A stretch of DNA of 64,000 nt from Bacilli bacterium (GTDB lineage Bacteria > Bacillota_I > Bacilli_A > RFN20 > CAG-826), in the NCBI GenBank assembly GCA_024408235.1, contig JAKSVF010000001.1:29417-93416 (forward strand), in the 5' to 3' direction. A program made the translations under genes and the position numbers. Positions 41,695 through 52,482 of this stretch are shown piece by piece. The notes beneath the pieces were generated by a model that saw only the letters and a program-made list of their open reading frames with translations, did no database searches and was not told where the DNA came from. The stretch's first letter is position 1. Every line of letters begins with the position of its first letter.

Positions 41695-44100
41695 ATGGCT
41701 TACGATCATCAGAAAATCGAGGCTAAGTGGAGAAAGTATTGGGAAGAAAACAATACCTTCTTCTGCGATACCCACGATTTTAGCAAACCAAAATATTATT
41801 CACTCGACATGTTCCCTTATCCATCAGGACAGGGATTGCATGTCGGACACCCTGAAGGCTATACCGCAAGCGATATTGTTTGCCGTATGAAGAGAATGCA
41901 GGGCTTCAACGTTCTTCACCCAATGGGATGGGACGCTTTCGGCTTACCTGCTGAACAGTTCGCTGTTGCAAACAACGAGCACCCAGAAGGGTTCACAAGA
42001 AAAAACATCGCACACTTCAAGGATCAGATTCAGTCACTCGGTATGTCAATCGACTGGACAAAGGAATTTGCCACGATCGATCAGGATTATTACAAGTGGA
42101 CCCAGTGGATCTTCGTTAAGTTATTCGAGCACGACTTAGCCTATGTTGCTAACGTACCGGTCAACTACTGTCCAGAACTCGGCACAGTCCTTGCTAACGA
42201 AGAAGTCATCGATGGCAAGTCAGAACGTGGTGGCTATCCAGTCATCCGTATGCCAATGAGACAGTGGATTCTTAAGATTACAGCATATGCTGATAAGCTT
42301 GAGAAAGACCTTGACTTACTTAACTGGCCAAAATCCACACTCGAGATGCAGAAGAACTGGATCGGAAGATCAACCGGTGTCGAAATCAAATTCGGCGTAG
42401 CTGGAACTGATAAGAGTTTCAGAGTATTCACAACACGTGTCGACACGCTCTTTGGATGCACGTACTGCGTCCTTGCCCCAGAACACCCACTCGTTAAGGA
42501 AATAGTCTCAGATGCTCAGAAAGAAGCAGTTGAGAACTATGTTGCTGAGGCTGCAAAGAAGTCAGATCTTGCTAGAACATCATTAGAGAAAGATAAGTCT
42601 GGTGTCTATTTAGGCGCAGACGCCGTTAACCCAATCAACGGTAAACGTATCCCTATCTATATCTCTGACTATGTTCTTGGCTCATATGGTACAGGCGCAG
42701 TCATGGCTGTTCCTACCCACGATGAACGCGACTTCGCATTCGCATCAAAATATGGACTCGAACTAATCCCTGTATTAGAAGGCTATACCGGAACCGAGGC
42801 ATTCGTTGAAGACGGACCTCACATCAATTCAGCATATGCCGATGGGTTAAACATCAAGGAAGCCAAGAAGGTTATCACAGAACACCTCGAGGCAATGGGC
42901 GCTGGAAAAGAAGTTGTTAACTATAAGTTAAGAGACTGGATTTTCTCACGTCAGAGATATTGGGGCGAGCCAATTCCTGTCGTCACAATGGAAGACGGCA
43001 AGGAAGTTGCCTTAAAAGAAAATGAATTACCTCTCGTTTTACCTGAACTCGATGAGTACAAGCCATCTAGAGATGGCAAGCCACCATTAACCAACGCTTC
43101 ACCAGATTGGTTGAACGTCACAATCGATGGCAAAAAGGGTACTAGAGAGACCAATACAATGCCACAGTGGGCAGGCTCTTGCTGGTATTACATGAGACAC
43201 CTCGATCCACATAACACTGAGGCTATCGCAGATCCAGCCCTCATCAAACACTGGTTGCCAGTCGACTTATATATCGGCGGTCAGGAACATGCTGTCTTAC
43301 ACTTGCTCTATGCAAGATTCTGGCACAAGTTCTTGTATGACATCGGCGTTGTTGATTGCAAGGAACCATTCACAAGACTATATCACCAGGGCATGATTCT
43401 TGGCGCAAACCACGAGAAGATGTCCAAGTCACGTGGAAATGTTGTTAACCCAGACGACATCGTTAGAGAGGTTGGCGCAGACTCATTGCGTATGTTCGAA
43501 ATGTTTGCCGGCCCATTATGTGATGCAAAACCATGGAACACCGATTCATTACAGGGTTCTAGACGTTTCATCGAAAGATGCTTCCGTTTGGTTAGCGAAG
43601 ATGAATTCAAGGCTAGAATCGTTGATACAAATTCAGGCGAACTCGACTACTCATATAACTTCTTGGTTAAGAAAGTTACAGGAGACTTTGAAGATTTATC
43701 GTTCAACACCGCAATCTCTCAGATGATGGTGTTCATCAACGATTGCTATAAGGCAAAAACACTCTATCGCCCTTACATTGAAGGCTTCGTCAAGATGTTC
43801 TCTTGCGTTGCCCCATTCGCAGGTGAGGAGATGTGGGAGAACTTAGGACACGAAAAGACCCTCGCTTATGAGCCATGGCCAACATTCGATGAATCTAAGC
43901 TCACACTCAACACGGTTAATGTTGCAGTATCCGTCAACGGAAAGGTCAGAGATGTCTTGTCCCTCTCTCCAGATGCAACTCAGGAAGAAGCAGAGAAAGC
44001 TGCATTCGCTTCAGAGAAACTAAAAGTCTGGTTAGATGGCAAAACAATCAAGAAAGTCATCTACGTTAAAGGAAGAATATTCAACATTGTCGTTGCTTAA
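41695..44100 (+). CDS. leuS: Leucyl-tRNA synthetase
   Basis: HVGH (HIGH) signature, the KMSKS motif (KMSKSRGN), and the start [18 protein letters not shown] preceded by an AAAGGAG RBS at 41695. The 41596 start is an upstream extension without support. Confidence 0.95.
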   Translation: MAYDHQKIEAKWRKYWEENNTFFCDTHDFSKPKYYSLDMFPYPSGQGLHVGHPEGYTASDIVCRMKRMQGFNVLHPMGWDAFGLPAEQFAVANNEHPEGFTRKNIAHFKDQIQSLGMSIDWTKEFATIDQDYYKWTQWIFVKLFEHDLAYVANVPVNYCPELGTVLANEEVIDGKSERGGYPVIRMPMRQWILKITAYADKLEKDLDLLNWPKSTLEMQKNWIGRSTGVEIKFGVAGTDKSFRVFTTRVDTLFGCTYCVLAPEHPLVKEIVSDAQKEAVENYVAEAAKKSDLARTSLEKDKSGVYLGADAVNPINGKRIPIYISDYVLGSYGTGAVMAVPTHDERDFAFASKYGLELIPVLEGYTGTEAFVEDGPHINSAYADGLNIKEAKKVITEHLEAMGAGKEVVNYKLRDWIFSRQRYWGEPIPVVTMEDGKEVALKENELPLVLPELDEYKPSRDGKPPLTNASPDWLNVTIDGKKGTRETNTMPQWAGSCWYYMRHLDPHNTEAIADPALIKHWLPVDLYIGGQEHAVLHLLYARFWHKFLYDIGVVDCKEPFTRLYHQGMILGANHEKMSKSRGNVVNPDDIVREVGADSLRMFEMFAGPLCDAKPWNTDSLQGSRRFIERCFRLVSEDEFKARIVDTNSGELDYSYNFLVKKVTGDFEDLSFNTAISQMMVFINDCYKAKTLYRPYIEGFVKMFSCVAPFAGEEMWENLGHEKTLAYEPWPTFDESKLTLNTVNVAVSVNGKVRDVLSLSPDATQEEAEKAAFASEKLKVWLDGKTIKKVIYVKGRIFNIVVA

Positions 44101-44108
44101 AAAACATG

Positions 44109-44137
44109 AAGGCGCTTACATGAGCGCCTTTTTCTTT
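44109..44137 (+). terminator. Rho-independent terminator after leuS
   Basis: aaggcgct-tacatg-agcgcctt followed by tttctttc. Confidence 0.8.
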
Positions 44138-44231
44138 CATTCAAAAAAAAGAAGTAAATTTTGCTAAAAAATAGTGTCATTTAAAATCCTTATATATATA
44201 ATGCGACGTGTTAAAAAAGGAGAAATTTTCT

Positions 44232-45587
44232 ATGAACAATGCTTACGTCAACAAAGTGTTTGAAGAATTCAAATCCAAGAACCCTGGAGAAAAGGAATAC
44301 ACACAGGCCTGCCAGGAAATTCTTGAGTCTCTCGAACTTATGGTCGAGAAGAATCCTGCCATTGAGAAAAACCAGTTATTAGAAAGATTCCTTGAACCTG
44401 AACGCTTAGTTCAGTTCAGAGTTGCTTGGCTCGATGACAACAATGTGGTCCGTGTTAACAGAGGTTGGAGAATCCAGTATAACTCCGCTCTCGGCCCTTA
44501 TAAAGGCGGCATCAGACTTCACCCATCAGTCAACGTTTCAATCCTTAAATTCTTAGCTCTTGAACAGTGCTTGAAGAACTCGCTCACCACACTCCCAATG
44601 GGCGGTGCTAAAGGTGGCTCTGACTTCGATCCAAAAGGCAAGTCAGATATGGAAATCATGAGATTCTGCCAGGCATTCATGACAGAGCTTTATAGACACA
44701 TCGGACCAGACACCGACGTCCCAGCGGGCGATATCGGAACAGGTGGTAGAGAAATCGGCTACATGTTTGGCCAGTACAAGAGACTTCAGAACGAATTCAC
44801 AGGCGTATTAACAGGTAAGGGCCTCACATTCGGTGGATCTCTTGCAAGAACTGAAGCTACAGGTTACGGCTTATGCTATTTCACAGCTAAGGCTATGGAA
44901 ACAGTCTTCGGTGACTCTTTCAAGGGAAAGACAGTTGCAGTTTCAGGCTCAGGTAACGTTGCAATCTATGCTACAGAGAAGGCTCAGGCACTCGGTGCTA
45001 AAGTCGTCACATTATCAGACTCAAACGGCTGGATCTATGCACCAGACGGAATTGATGTCGCTGTCCTCAAGCAGATTAAGGAAGTCGAAAGAGGAAGAAT
45101 CAAGGATTACGCTGCACGCGTTCCAGGCGTCACATATGTCGAGAAGGTCGCAGGCGCTCCAACTCTTTGGACAACAAAGGTTGACATCGCTCTTCCATGC
45201 GCAACTCAGAATGAACTTAACATCGATGATGCTAAGGCATTAGTCGCAAACGGCTGTAAGGTTGTCTGCGAAGGCGCTAACATGCCATGTACATTAGAGG
45301 CTGCTCACTTCTTAATCGATAATGGCGTTCTCTATGGACCAGGCAAGGCTGCAAATGCAGGCGGTGTCGCTACCTCAGGCTTAGAGATGTCACAGAACTC
45401 AATGAGACTCAGCTGGACATTCGAAGAAGTCGATGCAAGACTCAAAGGCATCATGGAAGCTATCTACGAAAACATCAATGCCACACAGAAGAAATATGGC
45501 ATTGCTGCTAACGACTGCTTAACAGGTGCAAACATCGCTGGATTCGATAAGATTGCAACAGCAATGATCGCTCAGGGTGTCTTATAA
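44232..45587 (+). CDS. gdhA: NADP-specific glutamate dehydrogenase
   Basis: The GGAKGGSDFDPKGKSD catalytic-Lys motif and a Rossmann motif GSGNVA. An ATG at 44232 has an AAAGGAGAA RBS. A TATAAT box lies at 44197-44202. Confidence 0.93.
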   Translation: MNNAYVNKVFEEFKSKNPGEKEYTQACQEILESLELMVEKNPAIEKNQLLERFLEPERLVQFRVAWLDDNNVVRVNRGWRIQYNSALGPYKGGIRLHPSVNVSILKFLALEQCLKNSLTTLPMGGAKGGSDFDPKGKSDMEIMRFCQAFMTELYRHIGPDTDVPAGDIGTGGREIGYMFGQYKRLQNEFTGVLTGKGLTFGGSLARTEATGYGLCYFTAKAMETVFGDSFKGKTVAVSGSGNVAIYATEKAQALGAKVVTLSDSNGWIYAPDGIDVAVLKQIKEVERGRIKDYAARVPGVTYVEKVAGAPTLWTTKVDIALPCATQNELNIDDAKALVANGCKVVCEGANMPCTLEAAHFLIDNGVLYGPGKAANAGGVATSGLEMSQNSMRLSWTFEEVDARLKGIMEAIYENINATQKKYGIAANDCLTGANIAGFDKIATAMIAQGVL

Positions 45588-45604
45588 TCCTCAATTTAAG
45601 ATTT

Positions 45605-45634
45605 AAAGGTGTCGAAAGACGCCTTTTTCTTTTG
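45605..45634 (+). terminator. Rho-independent terminator after gdhA
   Basis: aaaggtgtc-gaaa-gacgccttt (one G-U wobble) followed by ttcttttg. Confidence 0.7.
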
Positions 45635-45710
45635 TCATCATAATCAAAATGATTATACTTTACTTGCCCGATACTCAACAAAGGTTGAGATTGGAGCGGA
45701 GGTAGACCAT

Positions 45711-46472
45711 ATGCTATTAGCCATTGATATTGGCAACACCATGACAAATTTTGGTGTGTTTGAGGGCGAAACGTTGATCGCTACTCATAAGTTTGAGACA
45801 TCATCTGTAACCTCTGCAGACGATGCTTCAGTAAAAGGAGCGGGCTTCAAGCTTCTCCATAAAGAGGTAGGGAACATTGATGGAGTCATAATCTCCTCGG
45901 TCGTTCCAAGCAAGACTGCATTTTATATGCAGATGAGCAAAGACCTATGGGGTGTTAGGGCACTAACCGTCGGACCTGGCCTTAAAACCGGGCTAAAACT
46001 CAAGTGTGATTACCCAAACGAAGTCGGTGCTGATTTGATTGCCGACTGTGTAGGTGCATCTTCGAAATATGGGAACTCATGTCTCATCGTAGATTTGGGA
46101 ACCGCTAATAAATATATCTTCCTTGATAAAGACGGATCCTTTGCCGGTGTTTCAATCGCGCCTGGTGTCCGTATCTCGATTAATGCTCTGGTGAGTGGGG
46201 CAGCTGCTCTTCCTGAGATCAATCTCAAAGCTCCAAAGCGTGTCATAGGAACTAATACATTAGATTCAATGAATTCAGGCATTATCTATGGTACATGCTA
46301 TGAGATTGAGGGTTTTGCCAAGGCTTTTGAAAAAGAGGCTGGCTACCCGTTAAAGAGAATAATCACAGGTGGAAATTCAAGATACTTAACAGGATTGCTT
46401 GAAGGCTTCATTTTCGATGAAAATCTCACTCTCGAGGGTCTTGCTTCAATGTATTACAGAAGAGGCAAATAA
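45711..46472 (+). CDS. coaX: Type III pantothenate kinase
   Basis: MLLAIDIGNT start on an ASKHA fold, with the motifs GTANKY-like DLGTANKY and GGNS. An ATG at 45711 has a GGAGCGGAGG RBS. Confidence 0.88.
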   Translation: MLLAIDIGNTMTNFGVFEGETLIATHKFETSSVTSADDASVKGAGFKLLHKEVGNIDGVIISSVVPSKTAFYMQMSKDLWGVRALTVGPGLKTGLKLKCDYPNEVGADLIADCVGASSKYGNSCLIVDLGTANKYIFLDKDGSFAGVSIAPGVRISINALVSGAAALPEINLKAPKRVIGTNTLDSMNSGIIYGTCYEIEGFAKAFEKEAGYPLKRIITGGNSRYLTGLLEGFIFDENLTLEGLASMYYRRGK

Positions 46473-46555
46473 AAGAACAACACATCATTTAGAAAAGCAT
46501 ATCAACGTACTACTTCATTTTTTAAACATTGAGCATTAGCTCATTTGGAGAAAAC

Positions 46556-47131
46556 ATGAAAACTAAAATAACTACAAGACAGATTGCTGGAGTCGCTATC
46601 ATGACCGCTCTAGTAGCTGCATTATGGGCAATAAGCACATTCGTGCCTTTAAAGCCTTTCTCAATTAACCTCGCATTGCTTCCTATCGTAATTGGAGCGT
46701 GCTTATACGGACCTTGGTGGGGTTTATTCCTCGGCGCAGTTGATGGATTCCTAATCATTCTAGATCCAGCAACAGGCGGATTCTTAGGCGCAAATGCGGT
46801 TGCAACTGTGTTCCTTTGCTTATTAAAGACCGGATTAGGCGGACTCGCATCAGGATTCTTATTCCAACTCATCCACAAGAAGAATGACCTCGTTGCCGCA
46901 ATCGTTGCTTCTTTAATTCTTCCAATTGTTAACACAGGATTGTTCATGCTTGGCTCATTCATTTTCTTCCAGGATTTCCTTACTAGCCTTGGATTAACTG
47001 TTGTTGGAATCTCATTAACAGTCAACTTTGCAGTTGAATTCGCTGTCGCCGCCGTTATGTCACCGGTTGTTTATAAGCTAATTAAATTTGCAGTTAAAAA
47101 CCGTGATATAGGCTCTGTGTACCACGAATAA
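46556..47131 (+). CDS. ECF-transporter substrate-specific (S) component; by context possibly pantothenate (PanT-like)
   Basis: Small protein with 5-6 TM helices, Gly-rich helices and no ATPase or T component nearby. It sits adjacent to coaX. Confidence 0.5.
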   Translation: MKTKITTRQIAGVAIMTALVAALWAISTFVPLKPFSINLALLPIVIGACLYGPWWGLFLGAVDGFLIILDPATGGFLGANAVATVFLCLLKTGLGGLASGFLFQLIHKKNDLVAAIVASLILPIVNTGLFMLGSFIFFQDFLTSLGLTVVGISLTVNFAVEFAVAAVMSPVVYKLIKFAVKNRDIGSVYHE

Positions 47132-47138
47132 TGATTCA

Positions 47139-47172
47139 AAACCGGCATATTGAGTTATGCTGGTTTTTTCTT
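47139..47172 (+). terminator. Rho-independent terminator after the ECF S-component gene
   Basis: aaccggcata-ttgagt-tatgctggtt followed by ttttctttg. Confidence 0.7.
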
Positions 47173-47347
47173 TGTACTTTAATCTTCTTAAAGAGAATAT
47201 TAAACTATCACTTAGTGTCGTGACTTTATGTCAATTGACATAACCGATAATCATCTTCAAAAGCGGTATTAATAAACGGTTATGGAAGACACTAAAGCTT
47301 CATCGGTAGGTGTTATTTGGAAGATGAAATGAAGCGTAGGAGACTAT

Positions 47348-48721
47348 ATGGCAAATTTTAAGAAACTCGCGAAAGGCTATGAGAATAAAGCCGTCGCAAC
47401 ACTCAAACAGTTCATCAAAATCAATTCAGTTTATGATGCAACAACTTCAAAAGAAGGACAGCCTTACGGATGGGGAGTCAAGAAGGCTCTTGATTTCGTT
47501 GGCAAAATCGGAAAAGACTTCGGCTGGAAAGTCAACACGGTCAATGGCTATTGCACTGAGTTAACAATCGGAGAAGAAGGACCGCTCATCGGAATCTATG
47601 GCCACTCTGATGTTGTTCCAGCAACAGGTTCATGGACAACAGGCCCATTCAACCCTGATGAAAGAGATGGCGTCATCTATGGTAGAGGCGCCGCAGATGA
47701 TAAAGGCCCACTCGTTGCCGCAATCTATGCTACAAAATTACTTCAGGATGCTGGATTACTCAAAGGCTTTAGAGTCAAAATCGTTTCAGGTGGAGATGAG
47801 GAAAGAGGATCGTCCTGCCTCGATTATTATTTCAAGAAATTCAAAGGCGAGCATGCTAAATACGCATTCACACCAGATGCAGATTACCCATTAATCTACG
47901 CTGAAAAAGGAATGAGATCATATGTACTCACAAAGACATTAGATCTCGGTCCTATCACCGCTATGGACGGCGGAGTTGTTACCAATGCAGTCTGCGACTC
48001 CCTCTTAGTCACTTTGAAGACAAACAAGAAATTCGAAGAATACTTAAAGACTAATAACGTCCCATGCGACATCTCATCCAACGAGTTTATCACAGTTGTT
48101 AGATTCAAAGGAAAGTCAGCTCACGGCTCAACTCCAGAGAAAGGCATCAACGCTGCCGGCATCGCATTTAAGGCGATCGGCGAATTCTTCAAGATCAAAG
48201 ATTTACTCGACCTCGTTCCAGTCATCAATTCCGGAGACGGATCCTACTGGGGCGGAAACGTCACGTCAAAAGAACTTGGAGCGTGCTCATATAACTACGG
48301 CATCTTCAAGTACGAGAAGAGAACAAAACTCCTATCAATGACTCTTGACTTCAGATTTGGCGAAGACGCTAAGAGAGATGACCTTGTTGCTGCGTTAGTC
48401 GCAAAGACAGGACTCAAAGCAACTCCTTTAGGAGAAGGCCACGCTCACCTCTTATTCGATAAGAAATCACCGTTGGTCTCTACGCTTATGAAGGCTTATA
48501 AGAAAGAGACATTTGACTTATTTGCTAAGCCACTCGCAATCGGCGGTGGAACATATGCTAAGGAAGCTCCAAATTGCGTTGCATTCGGCGCTGTCTTCCC
48601 AGCAAATAGAGAAGCTCAAGGCAACATGCATGGCGTTGACGAATTCATCAGCCGCAAGGATTTCATGAAGGACATCGCAATCTACGCTCGTGCTATTTAC
48701 ATGTTAGGTAATTTAAAGTAA
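47348..48721 (+). CDS. M20-family dipeptidase (PepV/Sapep-like)
   Basis: Motifs GHSDVVPA, GRGAADDKGP and EE (catalytic Glu pair) with a dimerisation-lid insert. The size is 457 aa. Confidence 0.8.
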   Translation: MANFKKLAKGYENKAVATLKQFIKINSVYDATTSKEGQPYGWGVKKALDFVGKIGKDFGWKVNTVNGYCTELTIGEEGPLIGIYGHSDVVPATGSWTTGPFNPDERDGVIYGRGAADDKGPLVAAIYATKLLQDAGLLKGFRVKIVSGGDEERGSSCLDYYFKKFKGEHAKYAFTPDADYPLIYAEKGMRSYVLTKTLDLGPITAMDGGVVTNAVCDSLLVTLKTNKKFEEYLKTNNVPCDISSNEFITVVRFKGKSAHGSTPEKGINAAGIAFKAIGEFFKIKDLLDLVPVINSGDGSYWGGNVTSKELGACSYNYGIFKYEKRTKLLSMTLDFRFGEDAKRDDLVAALVAKTGLKATPLGEGHAHLLFDKKSPLVSTLMKAYKKETFDLFAKPLAIGGGTYAKEAPNCVAFGAVFPANREAQGNMHGVDEFISRKDFMKDIAIYARAIYMLGNLK

Positions 48722-49338
48722 TGAGAGGCCGCTTCAAGAAATGGGCGGCTCCATACTTAGATGAGCATGATGGAGTCGTTCTTAAAGAAATAAAAACCGA
48801 AGATCCATATTTCCAGGCTGAAAAGATCTATTTAGAGGTCGGATCAGGCAAAGGCGATTTCGTATTGGGGCTTTCGACTAAAAGAGAAGGGAACTTTCTC
48901 GCTTTAGAAAGAGATGTCTCAATCTCTGGAATACTCGCTAAGAAGGTAGTGGAATCCGAAATCAAGAACATCAGAGTCATGAACGAAGACTTTGACAATG
49001 TCTACGAGGCGATTAATGGAAAACTCAAGTTTGACATCATCTTCTTAAACTTTTCTGACCCATGGCCAAAGAAGAAACACTGGAAGAGAAGATTAACAAC
49101 TAGAGTTCGCCTCCAGAATATGATGAATATCCTCAAAGACGGCGGAGAGATAAGAATCAAAACCGACAATGACGATTTATACGCTTTCACTAAAGAAGAG
49201 GCTGAGACCCTTCCTTTGGTAAAAATATTCGATACCGATAATTACGAATTCGATGACAGTGATGATGCGATGAGCGAATACGAGAGAAACTTCCGTTCAA
49301 TCGGCAAAAACATCAATCGCCTCATCTATAGAAAGTAG
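48721..49338 (+). CDS. trmB: tRNA (guanine46-N7)-methyltransferase
   Basis: LEVGSGKGDF SAM motif and the FSDPWPKKKHWKRR signature. Confidence 0.9.
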   Translation: MRGRFKKWAAPYLDEHDGVVLKEIKTEDPYFQAEKIYLEVGSGKGDFVLGLSTKREGNFLALERDVSISGILAKKVVESEIKNIRVMNEDFDNVYEAINGKLKFDIIFLNFSDPWPKKKHWKRRLTTRVRLQNMMNILKDGGEIRIKTDNDDLYAFTKEEAETLPLVKIFDTDNYEFDDSDDAMSEYERNFRSIGKNINRLIYRK

Positions 49339-49346
49339 GACTAGTT

Positions 49347-49925
49347 ATGTACCGCATGTTCTACAATCATGAAGTAACAGGGGATACCTTGTTCATCATA
49401 ATGAATTCATCCAAAATCTTTGACCATGGAGTAACAATCGATGACGTCTATGCGATGTATAGCGGCGATGAGCTCATCGGGGTCAACATCAACAATCTTT
49501 CTAGAATCTTGAAGATCAAGGCTCACGGAATGATCGTTACACCTGGAGAAGAATTGGTAAACGTCGTTAACTCAATCCTCAAAAGAGCAAAGATTGCTCC
49601 GCTTCCATATTGCACATATTCCGGTTATAGAGTAGGGCAGATCGAAGCGATTGAAGGAAACAAAATAGCAGTAGAGATGGCAGGTGAACACCTAAAAGCA
49701 ATCTCTAATTACTCAAACCTTAAAATTGGAGACTATGTCGTCTTGGCATTAGATGGCACAATCCAATATAACGGTGCCACATTCAGAAACTACATTGAAG
49801 ATGGCACAACAATCAATTGCCTTATCTGCAACGCAAAAGAACTCCGTCTAAATATTGAAGGCGAAGGGGCGTTCGTTGTTGAAGGATATAAAACAGGAGA
49901 AGACTTCTATTTGGCAGGAGAGTAA
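49347..49925 (+). CDS. Putative tRNA-binding protein, YtpR-like, with an EMAP/Trbp111-type OB domain
   Basis: The C-terminal half (GQIEAIEG...LKIGDYVVLALDGT) resembles a tRNA-binding OB domain. It is co-operonic with trmB, as ytpR is in Bacillus. The match is weak. Confidence 0.4.
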   Translation: MYRMFYNHEVTGDTLFIIMNSSKIFDHGVTIDDVYAMYSGDELIGVNINNLSRILKIKAHGMIVTPGEELVNVVNSILKRAKIAPLPYCTYSGYRVGQIEAIEGNKIAVEMAGEHLKAISNYSNLKIGDYVVLALDGTIQYNGATFRNYIEDGTTINCLICNAKELRLNIEGEGAFVVEGYKTGEDFYLAGE

Positions 49926-49927
49926 AA

Positions 49928-51031
49928 ATGGAAGAACTAGAAATTAAACTTAAAGAACAAGGAAAGATTGCACGTCTTACAAACAAGACGTTCAAATTCG
50001 ACGAGAGAATCAAGGATGGCTATTATTCAGCAAACTATTTCTTAAAGTCTCGTAAAATCGTTTCAGAGCGTTGCCCTGGACACATCGTTGAAATGCAATT
50101 CTTCCAAAGAAGAGATAACGTGATGGTATGCGGAGTTGATGAAGCTATCGCAATCCTTCACACATTCGCAATCGAGCCTGAGACATTAGACATTCGCGCT
50201 CTTAACGACGGAGATATGGTTATGTCAGGTGAGCCAGTCCTCAAGATCACAGGTAAGTATGAGAACTTTGGTTTCCTTGAATCAATCATTGATGGAATCT
50301 TAACGAGAAGAACCGCAGTCGCCACAAACGTTAAAGAGGTGGTGGATGCATTAAAAGGTGCAGACACTTTCTCTATGGCGGATAGACAGGATGACCCATA
50401 CACTCAGACTGGCGACGGCTATGCAACTTATGTTGCTGGCATTAAGAAATTCTCAACAGACGCTCAAGGAGCGTGGGTTGGAGTAAAAGGCATGGGCACA
50501 ATGCCTCATGCGCTTATCCAGATCTGTGATGGTGATATCGTTAAAGCCTGTAACATCTATCATGAGACATTCCCAAACGAACTCGTCACCGCCTTAATCG
50601 ACTACAACAACAACGTTGTCGAGGACACAGTCAAAGTGGCTAAAGCTCTTGGCCGTTCGTTAAGAGGCGTTAGAGTTGATACGTCAAAAGCGCTCATCGA
50701 TCACTATTTCGATGATAAGGACACATCTGGATTTGATCCTCATGGCGTTTGCAAAGAGCTTATCTACGGCTTAAAAGAGAGACTCGTCAAAGAAGGACTC
50801 GAATGGGTCAAGATTACCGTCTCAAGCGGCTTTACTGCCAAGAAAATCAAAGAATGGACCGATGAAGGCGTGCCAGTTGATATGTACGGAGTTGGTACCT
50901 CCCTTATCAAAAACGACACCGTTGGTTATACCGGCGACTTAGTCATGCTTGATGGAAAACATCAGGCAAAAGAAGGTAGAGGCGACATCCCTTCAGCGAG
51001 ATTAAGCAAAGTACCATACCCAATCTATTAA
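49928..51031 (+). CDS. Phosphoribosyltransferase of the nicotinate-PRTase (type II PRT) superfamily, short form
   Basis: 367 aa. It has a Gly-rich region (GVGTSLI) in a TIM-barrel-like C-terminal half. This is a family-level guess only. Confidence 0.4.
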   Translation: MEELEIKLKEQGKIARLTNKTFKFDERIKDGYYSANYFLKSRKIVSERCPGHIVEMQFFQRRDNVMVCGVDEAIAILHTFAIEPETLDIRALNDGDMVMSGEPVLKITGKYENFGFLESIIDGILTRRTAVATNVKEVVDALKGADTFSMADRQDDPYTQTGDGYATYVAGIKKFSTDAQGAWVGVKGMGTMPHALIQICDGDIVKACNIYHETFPNELVTALIDYNNNVVEDTVKVAKALGRSLRGVRVDTSKALIDHYFDDKDTSGFDPHGVCKELIYGLKERLVKEGLEWVKITVSSGFTAKKIKEWTDEGVPVDMYGVGTSLIKNDTVGYTGDLVMLDGKHQAKEGRGDIPSARLSKVPYPIY

Positions 51032-51032
51032 T

Positions 51033-51764
51033 ATGTTGAATTTTGCTTCCCCAATTGACGCTATTATTTTTGCAGTCGAGGTCTTCGGATGTGTTTCTTT
51101 CGCAGTATCTGGAGCAATCACTGCTCTTAGAAAGAAGGCCGATTTACTCGGTGTTTGGGTTTTAACATTCATAGCAGTCTTCGGAGGAGGACTTCTTAGA
51201 GACTTAATCCTCCAACATGGCGCTCCTCATATTTTCTGGGACCCAGAATATCTTTGGTTAGCTGCCATCTCGTTAGCAATCTCTACCGTTTGTTTCGTTC
51301 TTGCGTGCATTCCTAAAACGGCAAAGACGCTTGAACTTCATAGACATGACTTCTGGCTTTACCTTTTTGATGCAATCGGCATTGCCGTCTTCTGCATCGG
51401 TGGAGTTAGAGTGTCTTACAATGCACTTCCTGACAGCATTGGCCCTGTAGCTACTTACATATTCTGCATAATCTTAGGAGTTGTCAGCGGTGTCGGCGGC
51501 GGTATGTTCCGCGATGTGTTCGTCGGGGAAATTCCGATGATGTTCAGAAAGAAGTTCTATACGATGCCATGTATCATTGGCACAACCGTATACACAATCT
51601 TCCACATCAATAGCATCGGCGACCCGTATGGCATCCTTGCTATTGTCCTATCGGTTTCTGTTATTGTTGGTCTTAGAATTCTAGCCACCATATTCAAATG
51701 GAATATGCCTACCGCGAAGGCCTTCAGTGCAGTGCTTGATGAAGAAACGAAAAACAAAAATTGA
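51033..51764 (+). CDS. UPF0126/TRIC-family membrane protein (YicG/YadS-like)
   Basis: Two internal repeats, each with a Gly-rich helix (VFGGGLLRDL and GVGGGMFRDV), which is the hallmark of the UPF0126 duplication. Confidence 0.75.
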   Translation: MLNFASPIDAIIFAVEVFGCVSFAVSGAITALRKKADLLGVWVLTFIAVFGGGLLRDLILQHGAPHIFWDPEYLWLAAISLAISTVCFVLACIPKTAKTLELHRHDFWLYLFDAIGIAVFCIGGVRVSYNALPDSIGPVATYIFCIILGVVSGVGGGMFRDVFVGEIPMMFRKKFYTMPCIIGTTVYTIFHINSIGDPYGILAIVLSVSVIVGLRILATIFKWNMPTAKAFSAVLDEETKNKN

Positions 51765-51815
51765 GAGATTTGATTAATTGATTTATCTTATTAAATAAGG
51801 AAAAGAGGAAACGGC

Positions 51816-52337
51816 ATGAAAAATTTAGTAAATTTCACCGTTGGAAACGAAGGCGATAAGCTCGTTACCGACTACACTTTTGAGAGAACTGATACAAGAC
51901 TCGTTATTACTGAGGCGGAAGTCGCCCCTAAGAGAGGCGATTCAAAGACGACAACCATCACAAAGATCGTCGATTGGGACAAGACCTCAATTGAAGTCAG
52001 CGTTGGAAAGCTTAGAAAAGCGGCTAAGGTTGTCTTAGCAATTCTAGTTATTCTTGTCGGTGCCGCCATCATCGGCGCTTCATTCCTTAAAGACATGGTG
52101 TGTGTCGGAGTTCTCGCCGCTGTAGCAGAAGCATATCCATGGGTTTGTTATTTCGTAGGTGGCTTCGTTGTAATCGCTGGCATCTGCTGGCTGATCACCG
52201 GTATCTTAAGAAGAAAGAAAGCCGCTTTCACAGAGATACTCGTAAAGAGCAATGGCGAGGTTGTTGAATCGTTGAAATTCAATGACACCCCAGAAGGTGA
52301 GATCGCCTCAAACCTCATTGAATTCTTCAGAGGATAA
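51816..52337 (+). CDS. Hypothetical protein with an N-terminal soluble domain and two C-terminal TM helices
   Basis: ORF with an AAAGAGGAAA RBS. No known motif. Confidence 0.45.
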   Translation: MKNLVNFTVGNEGDKLVTDYTFERTDTRLVITEAEVAPKRGDSKTTTITKIVDWDKTSIEVSVGKLRKAAKVVLAILVILVGAAIIGASFLKDMVCVGVLAAVAEAYPWVCYFVGGFVVIAGICWLITGILRRKKAAFTEILVKSNGEVVESLKFNDTPEGEIASNLIEFFRG

Positions 52338-52343
52338 ACAATT

Positions 52344-52368
52344 AAGGGGTTCGCCCCTTTTTCTTTTG
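52344..52368 (+). terminator. Rho-independent terminator
   Basis: aagggg-ttcg-cccctt followed by tttcttttg. Confidence 0.8.
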
Positions 52369-52482
52369 CATTTTATGTCAAATTAATGACCATTTATGAA
52401 AAATGTGTAAAAGAATGAAAATTTTTCATTGCACTCATGAAAATAACAAGTAAGATTGAACTGCTGAAAGGGTTTACATTAT

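Noticed and set aside
44161-44202. Full -35/-10 promoter call for gdhA
   Set aside because: TATAAT at 44197-44202 is convincing, but no good -35 hexamer sits at 17±1 nt (gtgtca at best). It is left as a note and not called as a feature.
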